64,000 nucleotides of DNA from a virus. Location: positions 1 through 64,000 of IMG/VR virus record IMGVR_UViG_3300042892_003562; one strand, 5' to 3'. The translations under genes were made by a program, and so were the position numbers. Below, one piece after another: positions 17,192 to 27,300 of the stretch. Positions within the stretch are counted from its first letter, which is position 1. Each line of letters starts with the position of its first letter. The notes beneath the pieces are model-generated. The model made no database searches. It was not told where the DNA came from and saw only the letters and a list, made by a program, of their open reading frames with translations.

Positions 17192-19016
17192 CTTACAGGC
17201 CATCCGTGACGCCCTTGCAGGACGCATCGACGAATTCGTCCTCAACCTGTTCCCCGAAGCAAAACGGGAAAGCAGTTGTTACATGATCGGCGGCATCGAC
17301 GGCAGCAAGGGCCGCCGGATGATGGTGAGCACCCGCGCCAACAACCCCGGCTACTACCTCGATTTCTCCGACCCGTCGATCAAGGGCGGTCCTTGGCGGC
17401 TGGTGTCCCAAGTGAAAGGCATCACCCTCAAGGAAGGTATCGCGTGGCTGGCCAAGTTCTGCAACGTCCCTCCCATCCAGAGCTTCGGCACCATAAGCCA
17501 AGCCAAAGACCCGGAGGCGCTGGCCCGCACGATGAAGGAGCTTTCCGCCAAGTCCATTGAATATGCCAAGGCTCGCGGCATCACCGAAGACACCCTGCGC
17601 AAATACGGGGTGGCGTCCGACGTCCGCGACGGCGTCCTTTTCCCCTACTACGACGCCTTCGGCAACTTGGGAATGACCAAGCACTGGGGCCACAAGCTCA
17701 AAACGGACGGCAAGAAGGACACGTGGGTGAGCGCCGAGCCCGTCATCTCGATCTTCGGCAAGGACGTCTGCGACCCTGAGACCGGGCTGCAACGGCTCGT
17801 CATCTGCGAGGGCGAGTGGGACGCGATGGCGTGTTGGCAAGCTGGCATTCCAGCCGTGTCCATCCCGATGGGCGCGTCCAACATGAACTGGATTACGGAG
17901 GACTACCAATACCTGTCCCACTTCGACGAGATCGTGCTGTTGTTCGACAACGACGAGCCCGGCAAGAAGGGAGCCAAGGAGGCGTCCGCCCGTCTCGGGA
18001 CCGAACGCTGCCTGACCGTCCGCCTTCCCCTCAAGGACGCGAACGACATGCTCCGCGCCGGACGCGGGGCCGAAATCCTCAAGTGCATCGAGAGCACCAC
18101 GCGTGAGCCGATGGCGGAGATCGCCGATCCGGAGTCGATGAAGGAGACGGTGAGATCCTACATGAAGGGCGAACACCTGTCGGACGGCGACGCGTTCTTC
18201 CTGCCAAATTTCGACCTGACGTTCCGCAAGCACGAAATGACGCTGTGGTTCGGGTTCTCGTCTCATGGAAAGTCACAAGCCGTTCAGAACCAAGTGGCTT
18301 CGTTGATGAGCCAAGGGAAGGTGACGTGTGTCGCCTCGTTCGAGCAGCCGCCGGAAATGACCCTGTCCCAAATCCTCCTCAACTTCACCGCCTATCCCAA
18401 CCTTCCGTTCCACGAGGAGTTCGACCCGGCCTACGCCTACATGGCGAAGAACGTGTTCATGTATAAGGCGCGGAAGCGGGCCGACCCGAAGCACCTCATT
18501 CAAACCTTCATCCACGCGCACAAGCGCTATGGCATCGACACCTTCGTCATCGACAACGTCATGACCATGGACATCGACCGTGGCGACAACACCGCGCAGG
18601 CCGAAGCCGCCGACTTGGTGCGTGTCTTCGTGGCTGAATACCCGGTCCACGTCCACGTCGTCGCCCACCCGCGCAAACCCCCGGAAAACACCGGCAAGGT
18701 TCCGGGCATGGCGGAGATCCGTGGCGCGTCGGAATGGGGAGACATCCCGAACAACGTCATCGCCATCTGGCGCGACATGCCAAAGGCGGAGAAGATCGCG
18801 GAGATGGAGGACCAAGGGTCGGAGCAGTCGGAGATCGACCAGTTTTGGGCGTCCACTCCGTGCGGCAAGATTGTGGTCAGGAAACAACGGGCGACCGGCA
18901 ACCTGCCGATGGCGTCGTTCTACTTCCACAAGCCGACGATGCGCTTCATGAACCGAATCGGCAAACCGTCGCCGATGTTCTCCGAACAACCATGGGTCAC
19001 TCCTGATTCCAAATGA
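17163..19016 (+). CDS. TOPRIM primase / SF4 (DnaB, T7 gp4-like) helicase
   Basis: ICEGEWDAM, LFDNDEPG, KDAND (TOPRIM); GFSSHGKS (Walker A), FVIDNV (Walker B), VAHPRK, IRGASE, RKQR; start reassigned to ATG 17163. Confidence 0.92.
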   Translation: MNQRDQQFFDLQAIRDALAGRIDEFVLNLFPEAKRESSCYMIGGIDGSKGRRMMVSTRANNPGYYLDFSDPSIKGGPWRLVSQVKGITLKEGIAWLAKFCNVPPIQSFGTISQAKDPEALARTMKELSAKSIEYAKARGITEDTLRKYGVASDVRDGVLFPYYDAFGNLGMTKHWGHKLKTDGKKDTWVSAEPVISIFGKDVCDPETGLQRLVICEGEWDAMACWQAGIPAVSIPMGASNMNWITEDYQYLSHFDEIVLLFDNDEPGKKGAKEASARLGTERCLTVRLPLKDANDMLRAGRGAEILKCIESTTREPMAEIADPESMKETVRSYMKGEHLSDGDAFFLPNFDLTFRKHEMTLWFGFSSHGKSQAVQNQVASLMSQGKVTCVASFEQPPEMTLSQILLNFTAYPNLPFHEEFDPAYAYMAKNVFMYKARKRADPKHLIQTFIHAHKRYGIDTFVIDNVMTMDIDRGDNTAQAEAADLVRVFVAEYPVHVHVVAHPRKPPENTGKVPGMAEIRGASEWGDIPNNVIAIWRDMPKAEKIAEMEDQGSEQSEIDQFWASTPCGKIVVRKQRATGNLPMASFYFHKPTMRFMNRIGKPSPMFSEQPWVTPDSK

Positions 19017-19264
19017 AAACCATCGACCACGTCCGTCGGGTCCTCAGCGACCTGCAATATCAGTTCCCGAACGGGGACACCACCTTCAGCGCCTGCCGCA
19101 ACGGCTGCGGTGAAGGGGCTCGGGGCGGGCAGGAATGCCCCGACTGCCTGACTCTAAAGCTAGGGAAGGTGGTGGGAGAAGACCTCGCCCGCCGACACCT
19201 CGTGGCGATGAAGGTTTACAAGTCGCTCCACAACAAGATCATCGAAACCGCGCAATCCAAATGA
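19013..19264 (+). CDS. hypothetical Cys-containing protein
   Basis: ATGA overlaps; CRNGC, CPDC. Confidence 0.5.
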   Translation: MKTIDHVRRVLSDLQYQFPNGDTTFSACRNGCGEGARGGQECPDCLTLKLGKVVGEDLARRHLVAMKVYKSLHNKIIETAQSK

Positions 19265-19593
19265 CCGAACAAGAAGACGTCCTGCAAGAAGCCCTCCGCA
19301 TCACCAGCGGCGACCGGCAAAACCAATACGGCCCTCCGAACAAGGACTTCGCCCGCACCGCCAAGATGTGGACCGCGCTGAAAGGCGTCGAGTTCGAGGC
19401 GCGTGACGTGGCGCTATTCCTCATCTGCCTGAAGCTGTCCCGCGAGACCCACCAAAGGAAAAGGGACAACGCGGTGGACATCGCCGGATACGCCCGTTGC
19501 CTCCACTTGTGCAACGAGTCGGCTCGGGTGAACCGCTCCGAACAACTCCAATCCTTTATCGACTCCATGAAACTTGATCCAAACAAATTATGA
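19261..19593 (+). CDS. DUF6378-like (nucleotide diphosphohydrolase-associated) protein
   Basis: EALRITSGDRQNQYGPPNKDFARTAKMW...VALFLICLKLSR...DNAVDIAGYA; start ATG 19261. Confidence 0.7.
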   Translation: MTEQEDVLQEALRITSGDRQNQYGPPNKDFARTAKMWTALKGVEFEARDVALFLICLKLSRETHQRKRDNAVDIAGYARCLHLCNESARVNRSEQLQSFIDSMKLDPNKL

Positions 19594-20087
19594 AATCAAA
19601 GACACACGCAATGGCGGAAGCCATCACCGCAGCCCTCGGCCCGATCTTCCACGCCAACCCCGACTACAAGACCATCACCGAAGCCATCGCGCTGACCGTG
19701 GCGCGTGTCGCTCAGTCCACCCCAGACAAGGGTAACGAGGAAGAAGAGCTTGAAATCATCATGCAAATCGCAGCCAATGCCCTCAACGTATTCCTCAATG
19801 AAGAGCAAACCATCCAAGAAACCAAAGCCAAGGTCTTGGCTAAAGGAATTGATGGATTTGCAGAGATGTATGGACCCGTCAACGGACTCGCCGCCATCAA
19901 CGGAGGCGTGTCACCCGAAGCCTGTGCGGAAGCCGAAGAGTTTGCTGGACAAGACCACTCCGAAGAAAGCTGGGCGAACAGTTCCATCCATCAAGAAATC
20001 GCCCGGTTTGAACAAGAGCATCCAGAGGTCAATAATGGATACGAGCCCGACCGCCACAACCCGGACGGAGCCAGAGCTTACCTATGA
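19590..20087 (+). CDS. hypothetical protein
   Basis: 165-aa ORF with ATGA overlap. Confidence 0.55.
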   Translation: MKSKTHAMAEAITAALGPIFHANPDYKTITEAIALTVARVAQSTPDKGNEEEELEIIMQIAANALNVFLNEEQTIQETKAKVLAKGIDGFAEMYGPVNGLAAINGGVSPEACAEAEEFAGQDHSEESWANSSIHQEIARFEQEHPEVNNGYEPDRHNPDGARAYL

Positions 20088-20481
20088 GCGCCACGAGGCA
20101 CCAAGGAAGCGCCGCAGGCTGCCGACGGTCAGTGAGTCACGGAAAGCCCTCTCCGTGGCCTACAGGGCGTGCTACGAGGCTATACCGTCTCATCCTCAAT
20201 GCCCGAGATGCGGGCTATCGCTCCCTAAAGATCAGCTTGAACGCCACCACCCGGCAGGCAGACGCAAAGCCGCCTTCCTATTTACGGTTCAAACATGCTC
20301 TCCGTGCCACCAATGGACCCACGCCCACCCCAAGGACGCCGAAGCCGTCGGTCTCTTATTGTCCGGTCGCAACTCCAAAATCCTCACCCTTGCCGCAGCA
20401 ACTGAGCTGGTGGTAAGACAACGGTTTCCTGCCATGTATTCCATTGACATCCTGAAAGCCTTTAGCCTGACTAAACCATGA
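20035..20481 (+). CDS. HNH-like Zn-binding nuclease
   Basis: CPRC...LERHHPAGR...CSPCHQWTHAHP; start uncertain (in-frame ATG 20035). Confidence 0.55.
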   Translation: MDTSPTATTRTEPELTYERHEAPRKRRRLPTVSESRKALSVAYRACYEAIPSHPQCPRCGLSLPKDQLERHHPAGRRKAAFLFTVQTCSPCHQWTHAHPKDAEAVGLLLSGRNSKILTLAAATELVVRQRFPAMYSIDILKAFSLTKP

Positions 20482-20780
20482 ACCACGAATCCATCAGCCT
20501 GCGAGTCAGCCACCTTGAGTTCCGCTGGTCCGACACCAACAAGAAATATGAGCTGCTGCGCTGGCACTCCCGTGACGAGGGCGGCGAGTTCTGCACCGTC
20601 ATAGCCTTCTTCCATTACCAGAACGAGGGGTTCGACATGCGCACCGTCGGACGGCGCTACGAGGAGGCGCTCCGCGAATGTCCGGACGCCGTCCAGATCA
20701 CCACCCGCTACGCCTTCGACTTCCTGCAAGCCCGCTTCAACGCGGAAGAGTCGCTCAAAGAACTTAAACCTTGGATGTGA
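20478..20780 (+). CDS. hypothetical protein
   Basis: 2 nt after motif 20461-20475. Confidence 0.6.
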   Translation: MNHESISLRVSHLEFRWSDTNKKYELLRWHSRDEGGEFCTVIAFFHYQNEGFDMRTVGRRYEEALRECPDAVQITTRYAFDFLQARFNAEESLKELKPWM

Positions 20781-20976
20781 TGAAATACGAAGGACCCCTC
20801 TACGGAAAGATCGGGAGACGCTACATCCCGCTCCGTCAAACCTCCGATGACGTGGACGCGATGGAACAGGCACTGGCTGCCGCCAAAGTGAAACATGAAT
20901 TGATGCAGGTAGAGTTAAAGCAGCTCCTCCACGACCTTCGATTCAACCCACTCCAACTCAAAACCCACCCCACTAC

Positions 20977-21243
20977 ATGAAACACCTCTTTATCGGCGGG
21001 CCGGTTGACGGCCAGCATTTCGAAACCCACGAAGCCCCCTACCACACGGTTGCCGTCGCTCCTTACCGCACCGTCACCTATGTCGATCCGCCTGATGAAA
21101 CGACGATCAGCGACTACGGCTACCACCGAGCCTACTACTTCGCCCACCGACTGCCGGGCAACGTGAAAGTTTACACACCGGAAGACTGGTCGATTGACCA
21201 AGCCATCGCAACCCTCATCCGCAGATACCCCACATCCTTATGA
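20977..21243 (+). CDS. hypothetical protein
   Basis: LFIGGPVDG start, typical of small phage proteins. Confidence 0.55.
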   Translation: MKHLFIGGPVDGQHFETHEAPYHTVAVAPYRTVTYVDPPDETTISDYGYHRAYYFAHRLPGNVKVYTPEDWSIDQAIATLIRRYPTSL

Positions 21244-21749
21244 AATCTCCTGAAAACTGGTATCATGAAATGATGAAACATGGTGAAAAGGTCATCACTT
21301 GGGGTGATTTCCAAGAACTTGTCGCTGAGATCCAGCGCGACGCCCTGTCCGACCCGATAGCTAAAACCACCGACCAGTTTAATTTTGAAATGAATCAGTC
21401 AATCGCCCGCAACGAGCGCATCCGGGCCGACCAGCTTCACGACGAGCTGATGAAAACACGAGCTAAGTGGCACGAAGCCCGCAAGCACCTCCGCGCCGCC
21501 AACAAGGGGGCCGAACGCAACGCGCAAGCCCTCGCCCTCGCCACGACACGCTATTGGGACTACCGCGACTCCGACCGGAACGAAAAGCAGCGCGACGAAT
21601 ACAAACACAAAACAGTCGTCTGGAACTGGCTGCTCATGTCGGACGACGAATACCGCCTGAAGTGCGGCGAGCTGTCGTCCCAAGACCTCCGCAACATCCG
21701 GGCCGTGCTCAAGGCCATGCTCGGAACCTCTCTCCTCAAACACCTGTAA
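21240..21749 (+). CDS. hypothetical protein
   Basis: 169-aa ORF, ATGA overlap. Confidence 0.55.
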   Translation: MKSPENWYHEMMKHGEKVITWGDFQELVAEIQRDALSDPIAKTTDQFNFEMNQSIARNERIRADQLHDELMKTRAKWHEARKHLRAANKGAERNAQALALATTRYWDYRDSDRNEKQRDEYKHKTVVWNWLLMSDDEYRLKCGELSSQDLRNIRAVLKAMLGTSLLKHL

Positions 21750-21751
21750 CC

Positions 21752-22216
21752 ATGCCATTCCAACACGCCATCCAACTCCTCGAAAAAGAATCCAGCTACT
21801 GTCTCCGTGATTACACCGCGCTCGGTGAGGTTCCGTCCGACGAATGCGCGGCCAAGCTCCGCAAGCTCAACAACGCCATCACCTTCCTCAAGGTGGCCAA
21901 CCTCGGAGGGACGTCCGCGCTGGTCTCGCAGGTCCGCCAGTGGGGGCAGGACCGCAACATCACCGGCCCCAACGCCAAGGCGACGGTCCACACCCAGTTC
22001 GAGAAGCTCCGCGAGGAGTTCTTGGAGCTGGAGGACGCCATCGCCCGCGAGGACCAGCACGAGCTCATCGACGCCATCGGTGACATGACGGTGGTGTTGA
22101 TTTTGTTGTCGGAGCTGGCAGGGGTGAGGTTCGAGACCTGCCTTGTCGCCGCCTACGAAGAAATCCGCGACCGCAAGGGCTCCATGATTAACGGAGCGTT
22201 TGTCAAACAACTTTAA
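21752..22216 (+). CDS. MazG-like nucleotide pyrophosphohydrolase
   Basis: VRQWGQDRNI...QFEKLREEFLELEDAI...LIDAIGDMTVVL...AYEEIRDRKGSMINGAFVK; start ATG 21752. Confidence 0.8.
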   Translation: MPFQHAIQLLEKESSYCLRDYTALGEVPSDECAAKLRKLNNAITFLKVANLGGTSALVSQVRQWGQDRNITGPNAKATVHTQFEKLREEFLELEDAIAREDQHELIDAIGDMTVVLILLSELAGVRFETCLVAAYEEIRDRKGSMINGAFVKQL

Positions 22217-22219
22217 CCA

Positions 22220-22507
22220 ATTTTGCGCCGTGCCTGTGCAAGCCGAAGTAGCTCGCAACCCCGGATTGGGAATTCCCGACGAGGCAGTAGTGGTCGAAAA
22301 GCGCGTGGGGCAACTGCTCGTCGGCAGGATCATGACCCTAAACCTGATCACTCACGCGGCGGCGCAATCCCCTCACGGACGTAAAGCCGGACTTGATCCG
22401 GACAACCGGACGAATGACCCGAAGGAGGTTCGAAACTCCGGAAGGCAAGGAGACTACGTGTAAGTGTCTCCCGCTCTGCTCCACGGCGTAAATACTGCTG
22501 GAGCACC
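22220..22507 (+). ncRNA. putative pseudoknotted ncRNA cluster
   Basis: TTGCGCCG/CGGCGCAA closing stem; CCGACGAG.CAGT/ACTGCTCGTCGG stem whose loop (22302-22309) pairs with 22351-22358; further hairpins up to motif 22509. Confidence 0.5.
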
Positions 22508-22528
22508 CTTTAGCCTGACTAAACCACC

Positions 22529-22750
22529 ATGAACCGAGACGATCTCATCACCGAACTGTATGACCTACAGGCCCAGCTGACCCGTGGCTGTAGGATGAAC
22601 CACTGCATCATCAACCCGCCTACCGGCATGGCTCCCAACGGAGGGTGCCGCTGCACCAAGGACCAGATCAGCAGACGCCTGCGCCAACTGTCGGAAGACG
22701 TGATGGACATCAGGCGTGACAACTGGTTCCCACCCACCCAACAACCATGA
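22529..22750 (+). CDS. hypothetical Cys-rich protein
   Basis: GCRMNHC...GMAPNGGCRC; follows the motif. Confidence 0.55.
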   Translation: MNRDDLITELYDLQAQLTRGCRMNHCIINPPTGMAPNGGCRCTKDQISRRLRQLSEDVMDIRRDNWFPPTQQP

Positions 22751-22956
22751 TCATCCACCATCCCGACATCAAGGAAATCAACAAGTTCCTCACCCACGGC
22801 ATCCGCCTGCTGCACCATCTTGAGAAGCAGACCGGCGAACACGCGAAGCACAACCTTGAGACATTCCGTCTTGAGCTCGGGGACGCGTGGCTCAAGATGG
22901 CCAACTCCCTGAGCAATCCAATCATCCAACTCGAAGAAACCGACCAACAACCATGA
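22747..22956 (+). CDS. hypothetical protein
   Basis: ATGA overlaps. Confidence 0.5.
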   Translation: MIIHHPDIKEINKFLTHGIRLLHHLEKQTGEHAKHNLETFRLELGDAWLKMANSLSNPIIQLEETDQQP

Positions 22957-23510
22957 GTGCCAAGAAGACCGCCAAGAAGAAACCCGCCGCCAAGAAGGCC
23001 GCGAAGAAAGCCGCCAAAGTGATGGCCGACGTGATGGACTCCATCATCGAGGCCGTGGAGCCGATGACCACCTCCAGTCCCCACGAGATGGAAGTGTTCG
23101 ACGAGGACGACTACAACCCCTACGCCCCGAACAATGACGGTGGTGGATGGGGCAAAGAGGAGCCAGCGTTCTCGTCGTTGGACGATGATGAGCCGTATCC
23201 AGAGCCGGAAGCTATCATCATGCCCCCTGACGAGCCGAAGCCGCAGCCTGTCCCCGTGGAGAGGCCGTCCTTGCCCGTCCCTGCACCCGTAGGACGCGTC
23301 GTAACGCCTCCCGTGGCACCAAGTCCCACACCACCCCCCAACGAGCCCACAGGCGACGCCCTGATCGTCCACCGCCTCATCAACGGCATCAACCACCTCT
23401 ACAAGATTGCCCGCCTGACCAAGGGAGCCAAGGGACCACAACCCGAGCACGTCGCCCGCATCCAGACCAACATCCTCGCCGCCAAAGACCTCATCACCCG
23501 CCTGTCGTGA
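22953..23510 (+). CDS. histone-H1-like Lys/Ala-rich, acidic and Pro-rich protein
   Basis: MSAKKTAKKKPAAKKAAKKAAK N-terminus; start ATG 22953. Confidence 0.6.
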   Translation: MSAKKTAKKKPAAKKAAKKAAKVMADVMDSIIEAVEPMTTSSPHEMEVFDEDDYNPYAPNNDGGGWGKEEPAFSSLDDDEPYPEPEAIIMPPDEPKPQPVPVERPSLPVPAPVGRVVTPPVAPSPTPPPNEPTGDALIVHRLINGINHLYKIARLTKGAKGPQPEHVARIQTNILAAKDLITRLS

Positions 23511-23794
23511 ACCGCCCCAAGCAACGCAAGAACAAGCGCCTGCTCGAACTGCTCGGCTGCGACCCCCACGAGGAAGTCCCCACCTTCGAGGAGGCTCGCG
23601 ACTCGGTGCCACGGGAAGTGCTCCCAGAACGAATCATCTGCCCCGCCTCCGGCAAACATTCCTTCCCCTCACAAAGCACCGCCCGCCAAGCCGCCACCAA
23701 CCGCATGAACAAGGGCTCGGGGACAGGCGCTGTCAGGCAGTATCTCTGCCCCGACTGCTCGATGTGGCACCTCTCGTCCTCCTTCCACCGCTAG
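23507..23794 (+). CDS. Zn-finger hypothetical protein
   Basis: CPASGKHSF...RQYLCPDCSMWHLSS. Confidence 0.6.
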   Translation: MNRPKQRKNKRLLELLGCDPHEEVPTFEEARDSVPREVLPERIICPASGKHSFPSQSTARQAATNRMNKGSGTGAVRQYLCPDCSMWHLSSSFHR

Positions 23795-23796
23795 CC

Positions 23797-24120
23797 ATGC
23801 TCTACAACGAAGACCGTCAGAACGAAGCTGACGCCCGGATCGACCAGTGGATTGGAGCCCCTATTGCGATGGAGGAACTGAGACGCACCATTCTCCGCCA
23901 CGTCTGCCACTGCTACCAACGCAACGACTGGCGCTGGCCGTGCAACCGTCACACCGTCTCGGACGAAGACGTGCTGGCGGCGGTCAACCACATCAAATCC
24001 CTAAGAGGATGGTGGTTCAACAAGACAACCAAGGACGCCGCCTTCCGCACCGCCCTGTATGAACAAGGGAAGGCCATCTACAAGCGCGAGGCTCCCGAAC
24101 GACACGATTACCAAATTTAA
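23797..24120 (+). CDS. hypothetical protein
   Basis: Re-started at ATG 23797. Confidence 0.5.
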   Translation: MLYNEDRQNEADARIDQWIGAPIAMEELRRTILRHVCHCYQRNDWRWPCNRHTVSDEDVLAAVNHIKSLRGWWFNKTTKDAAFRTALYEQGKAIYKREAPERHDYQI

Positions 24121-24138
24121 CCTTTAGCCTGACTAAAC

Positions 24139-24300
24139 ATGAAGAAAGAACTACAGGAAGCGGCCTTCACCCGTGAGATCGAGAGACGCATCGACCAGCT
24201 CGCCACCGAGTTCGACCTGTCCTACTCGTTCGTCGTGGGGGCGCTCAGCCTGATCCTCCACGGGATCAAGCAGGAATACTTCGAGGACGATGAGGACTAG
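24139..24300 (+). CDS. hypothetical protein (53 aa), last gene of the + arm
   Basis: MKKELQEAAFTREIERRIDQLATEFDLSYSFVVGAL...EDDED*; 1 nt after motif 24123-24137; stop shares CTAG with the giant ORF stop. Confidence 0.6.
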   Translation: MKKELQEAAFTREIERRIDQLATEFDLSYSFVVGALSLILHGIKQEYFEDDED

Positions 24301-27300
24301 GGCTCGTTCGCCCACACCGCTTCCTGAAGCACCTTCTTGGAGGACTGTCTTCCCTCACGGGTGGAGAATAGAATTTCCTGTGCGAGATAGAGCGAGATGT
24401 CGAAGGCGCTAACCTCGCCCGTCTCGTTCGCGTCGTAAGCCAAATTCATTCCGGCAACCAAGTCGTATAGCACCCCGGTCGGAGCGGTGAGCTGCATTGC
24501 CGTCTTGAGTCCGCTGCTCTCCATCTCCCACACGTTTACCGCGTCCTTGTCCCACTTGTTCTCCGCCGATTCCAGTCCGGTGAGCTTGGCCGTGGCCTCC
24601 TGCACCACACTGTTGGTGATGCTGTTCTTGAAGGCGCTTGCCACCGGGAACAACCCGAGCACCGCGCCAGCCACCGGAGCCACCGGCAATACCTCGCTCA
24701 ACATCGAGCTGGCCAACCCGGCGTAAGCCGAAGCCGCCGCCGCGTCCGGGTCCTTCCAGTCTTGGAAGAACTGTCCGGGTTTGCCGATGGTCATCGCCTT
24801 GATCCCTCCGAGAACCGCGTTGTCCTCTCCTTCCGTATTGAACAGGCTGTCTGCCTTCTCCTGAGCCTTGGCCATCGCCTCGTCCTCGTCGTCTCCGCCA
24901 AGCATGTAGCCGACCGACAACAGGATTGGAACGAGGTTTCGGATCTTCAGAGCGTGGAACAACGAGTTTTGCACCATCGTCCCGACAAGGTTCTCCACCG
25001 CGTTCTGGTGGGCACGCTTTCCGCCGTCGGTCATTTGTCCGCCAATGTCCTCACCCGCTTCGTTGAGCGTTCCTATCTCGTGACGTTCGGCCTGCCATAA
25101 CGTGGGGGCCATAGCACTCATGTTACTGGCGGTGGACGCCTGATGGTTCGAAAACCGGACAATCGAGCGCATCAACGCGTTCCATGTCGGAGAGCTGGTC
25201 TTGTTCTGGAAGAAGAACGACTTCTTCGCCTTGTCCGAAACCCCCATGTGGTCATTAAGCTTTGTTTGAGCGGCTTCCACCGCTTCCTGCGGGATGTCGA
25301 AACGTCCCTTGTTCTCCGCCTTGATCATCTCTGTGATGGAGCTTGGCACCTCCCCGTCAATCAGACCCCTTGACTTCATCCATTGGAGCTCGGCCATCAA
25401 CTCGGTGAGGAAGATGGCGCGTGACAACCAGCGTTCCGGCTTGGCGATGGTCAAATCCAAAGCCTTTTCCTGCCACTCCTGAGTGACCTTCGCCGCCTTG
25501 CCGGAATACTTCTTCACATTACCCACACCGTGACGGGTCTGGTTGCGCAGATTGGTCTTCACTTGGTCCATTCCGTCCGCACCACGGAAACTCGACCACG
25601 GAGCAACCCGCAGCATAAACTCCTTGGCGTCGTGGTTGTAGTCGCCGGGCTCGTTCTTGTCGAACGACTTGGAAGTGACGATCTGGCCCATCGCCTCGAA
25701 CATCATCCCCGCCTCGTTCCATTTCCCTGAAAGCAGCTTTTTCGCGCCGTAACCCAGAAGCGAAGGAGCCGACTGGTTCCACCATTGTTGGAACGAAGCC
25801 AGCGCCTTGAAGATATACATCGACGACAGGAACTGAATGCTTTCGGAAAACGCCGTGTCGGTCACCCCGTGCTGCATGTCGTTGGCGATTTCATTGTCGA
25901 ACTCGGAAGCGATGCCCGCCAGCGCCACCCGTTGCAAACGCTTGTCCGCATTCTGCTCGTCCTCCCCAAGAATCAGTGAATTGACGATCTCGGCTTGGTT
26001 TGGACCCGCCTGCTGGACGCTTCCGACAATGTTCCGCAACGAACTGTAGACTGGCGTGACGTTCAACCGGTAGAGCGTGTCGTCAAGCATTCCCTCAATC
26101 GCGGAAATCCCGTTCAAACTCACAGGACGGAACACCAACGTCTTCTTGTTCTTGTCACGCTTCTCGGTGCGTCCCGGACCACCCAGCAATGACATCTCTT
26201 GGAACCCGACCTCATGCAAAGGATCGGCCTTGTAAGGCGTCACTTCCAGACTGAGACGTTCCGCAGACGGATCGGTGGCGTAAGCATACCGCAATGGGAC
26301 AGTCGAGATCAAACGGGCTTGGCCATGCAGTCTTCCCGCAAGGAACGCCTCGGACGGATTAATGTCCTCAATCTCTTTCTGGTCGTGACCCATCGCCATC
26401 ATCATGATTTCAGCCGCGTCGGTCATGCCCTTGAACTTGTCACCGATGTAGTCGGCGTAGTCCTTGGCGGCATCCATCACTCCTGACTCTTCCGACTTCG
26501 CGTAAAGCCTCTCGATGGCCTCGTTGATCTGCTGCACCGCATAGGCCTCCTTGTCACCTTTCGGGACAAACGGAGAGTCAACGATGTCCTCAATGATGGA
26601 GTAGAGCTCCTTCACCATGTTCTCGTCGCGAATGACGTTGATGTGGTCGTCGTTGAAAAACCCTTTCACACCACCCGCCGCCTTTTTCAAGGCCCCGTCC
26701 GTCACCTTGCTGTGACTTGCGAGCTGGGCGTCGCGATACAAGGACAAGTCCTTCACCCCTTTCTTCAGGTCGTTCGACCACATCGAGAAGTTGGCGGCGA
26801 CCGAGTAGGTCCTGACTCTCTTCAATCCTTCCAAACTGGCGATCATGTAAGGAATCGACTGCATCAAGGAGTCGTTCCCAAGCGCCAGATGCTTCTTGGC
26901 CATCACCTTCTTCTCAGCTTCCAGCTGGGAAATCCAGCCGTTGCGGCCCGAGTTCATGTCGAAACCGTTCTGGAGGATACCGTGGAGACGCATCGCCTCA
27001 AGCTGGGCGAGGTAGTTTTTCCGGTAACGAATCCGGACGCGAGAGTCGTGGTGGTTCAAATACTTCATCGCCGTCAGTTCGGCGGTGCTCAGGTTGGTGG
27101 ACAACCCGGTCAACAGCTGTTGCAAAGCGGCCTCCCCCTCGATCCTCGCGCTCATCCGCTCGAACAATTCGAACAGGCGGACCTGCTGGGCGGTGTTGTC
27201 GCTTTGAACAATGCTGTCGTCACCGAGCATCTCAAGGAACTTTGCGATGTCCTCCTTGAGTCCGCGTTGGTTGGTCTCCGTGCTGGGCGAGAGCTTGTCG

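Noticed and set aside
7091-23612. Long - strand ORFs over the early arm (e.g. 13313-14338, 14715-15824, 17193-18266)
   Set aside because: Shadow frames of well-supported + strand genes.
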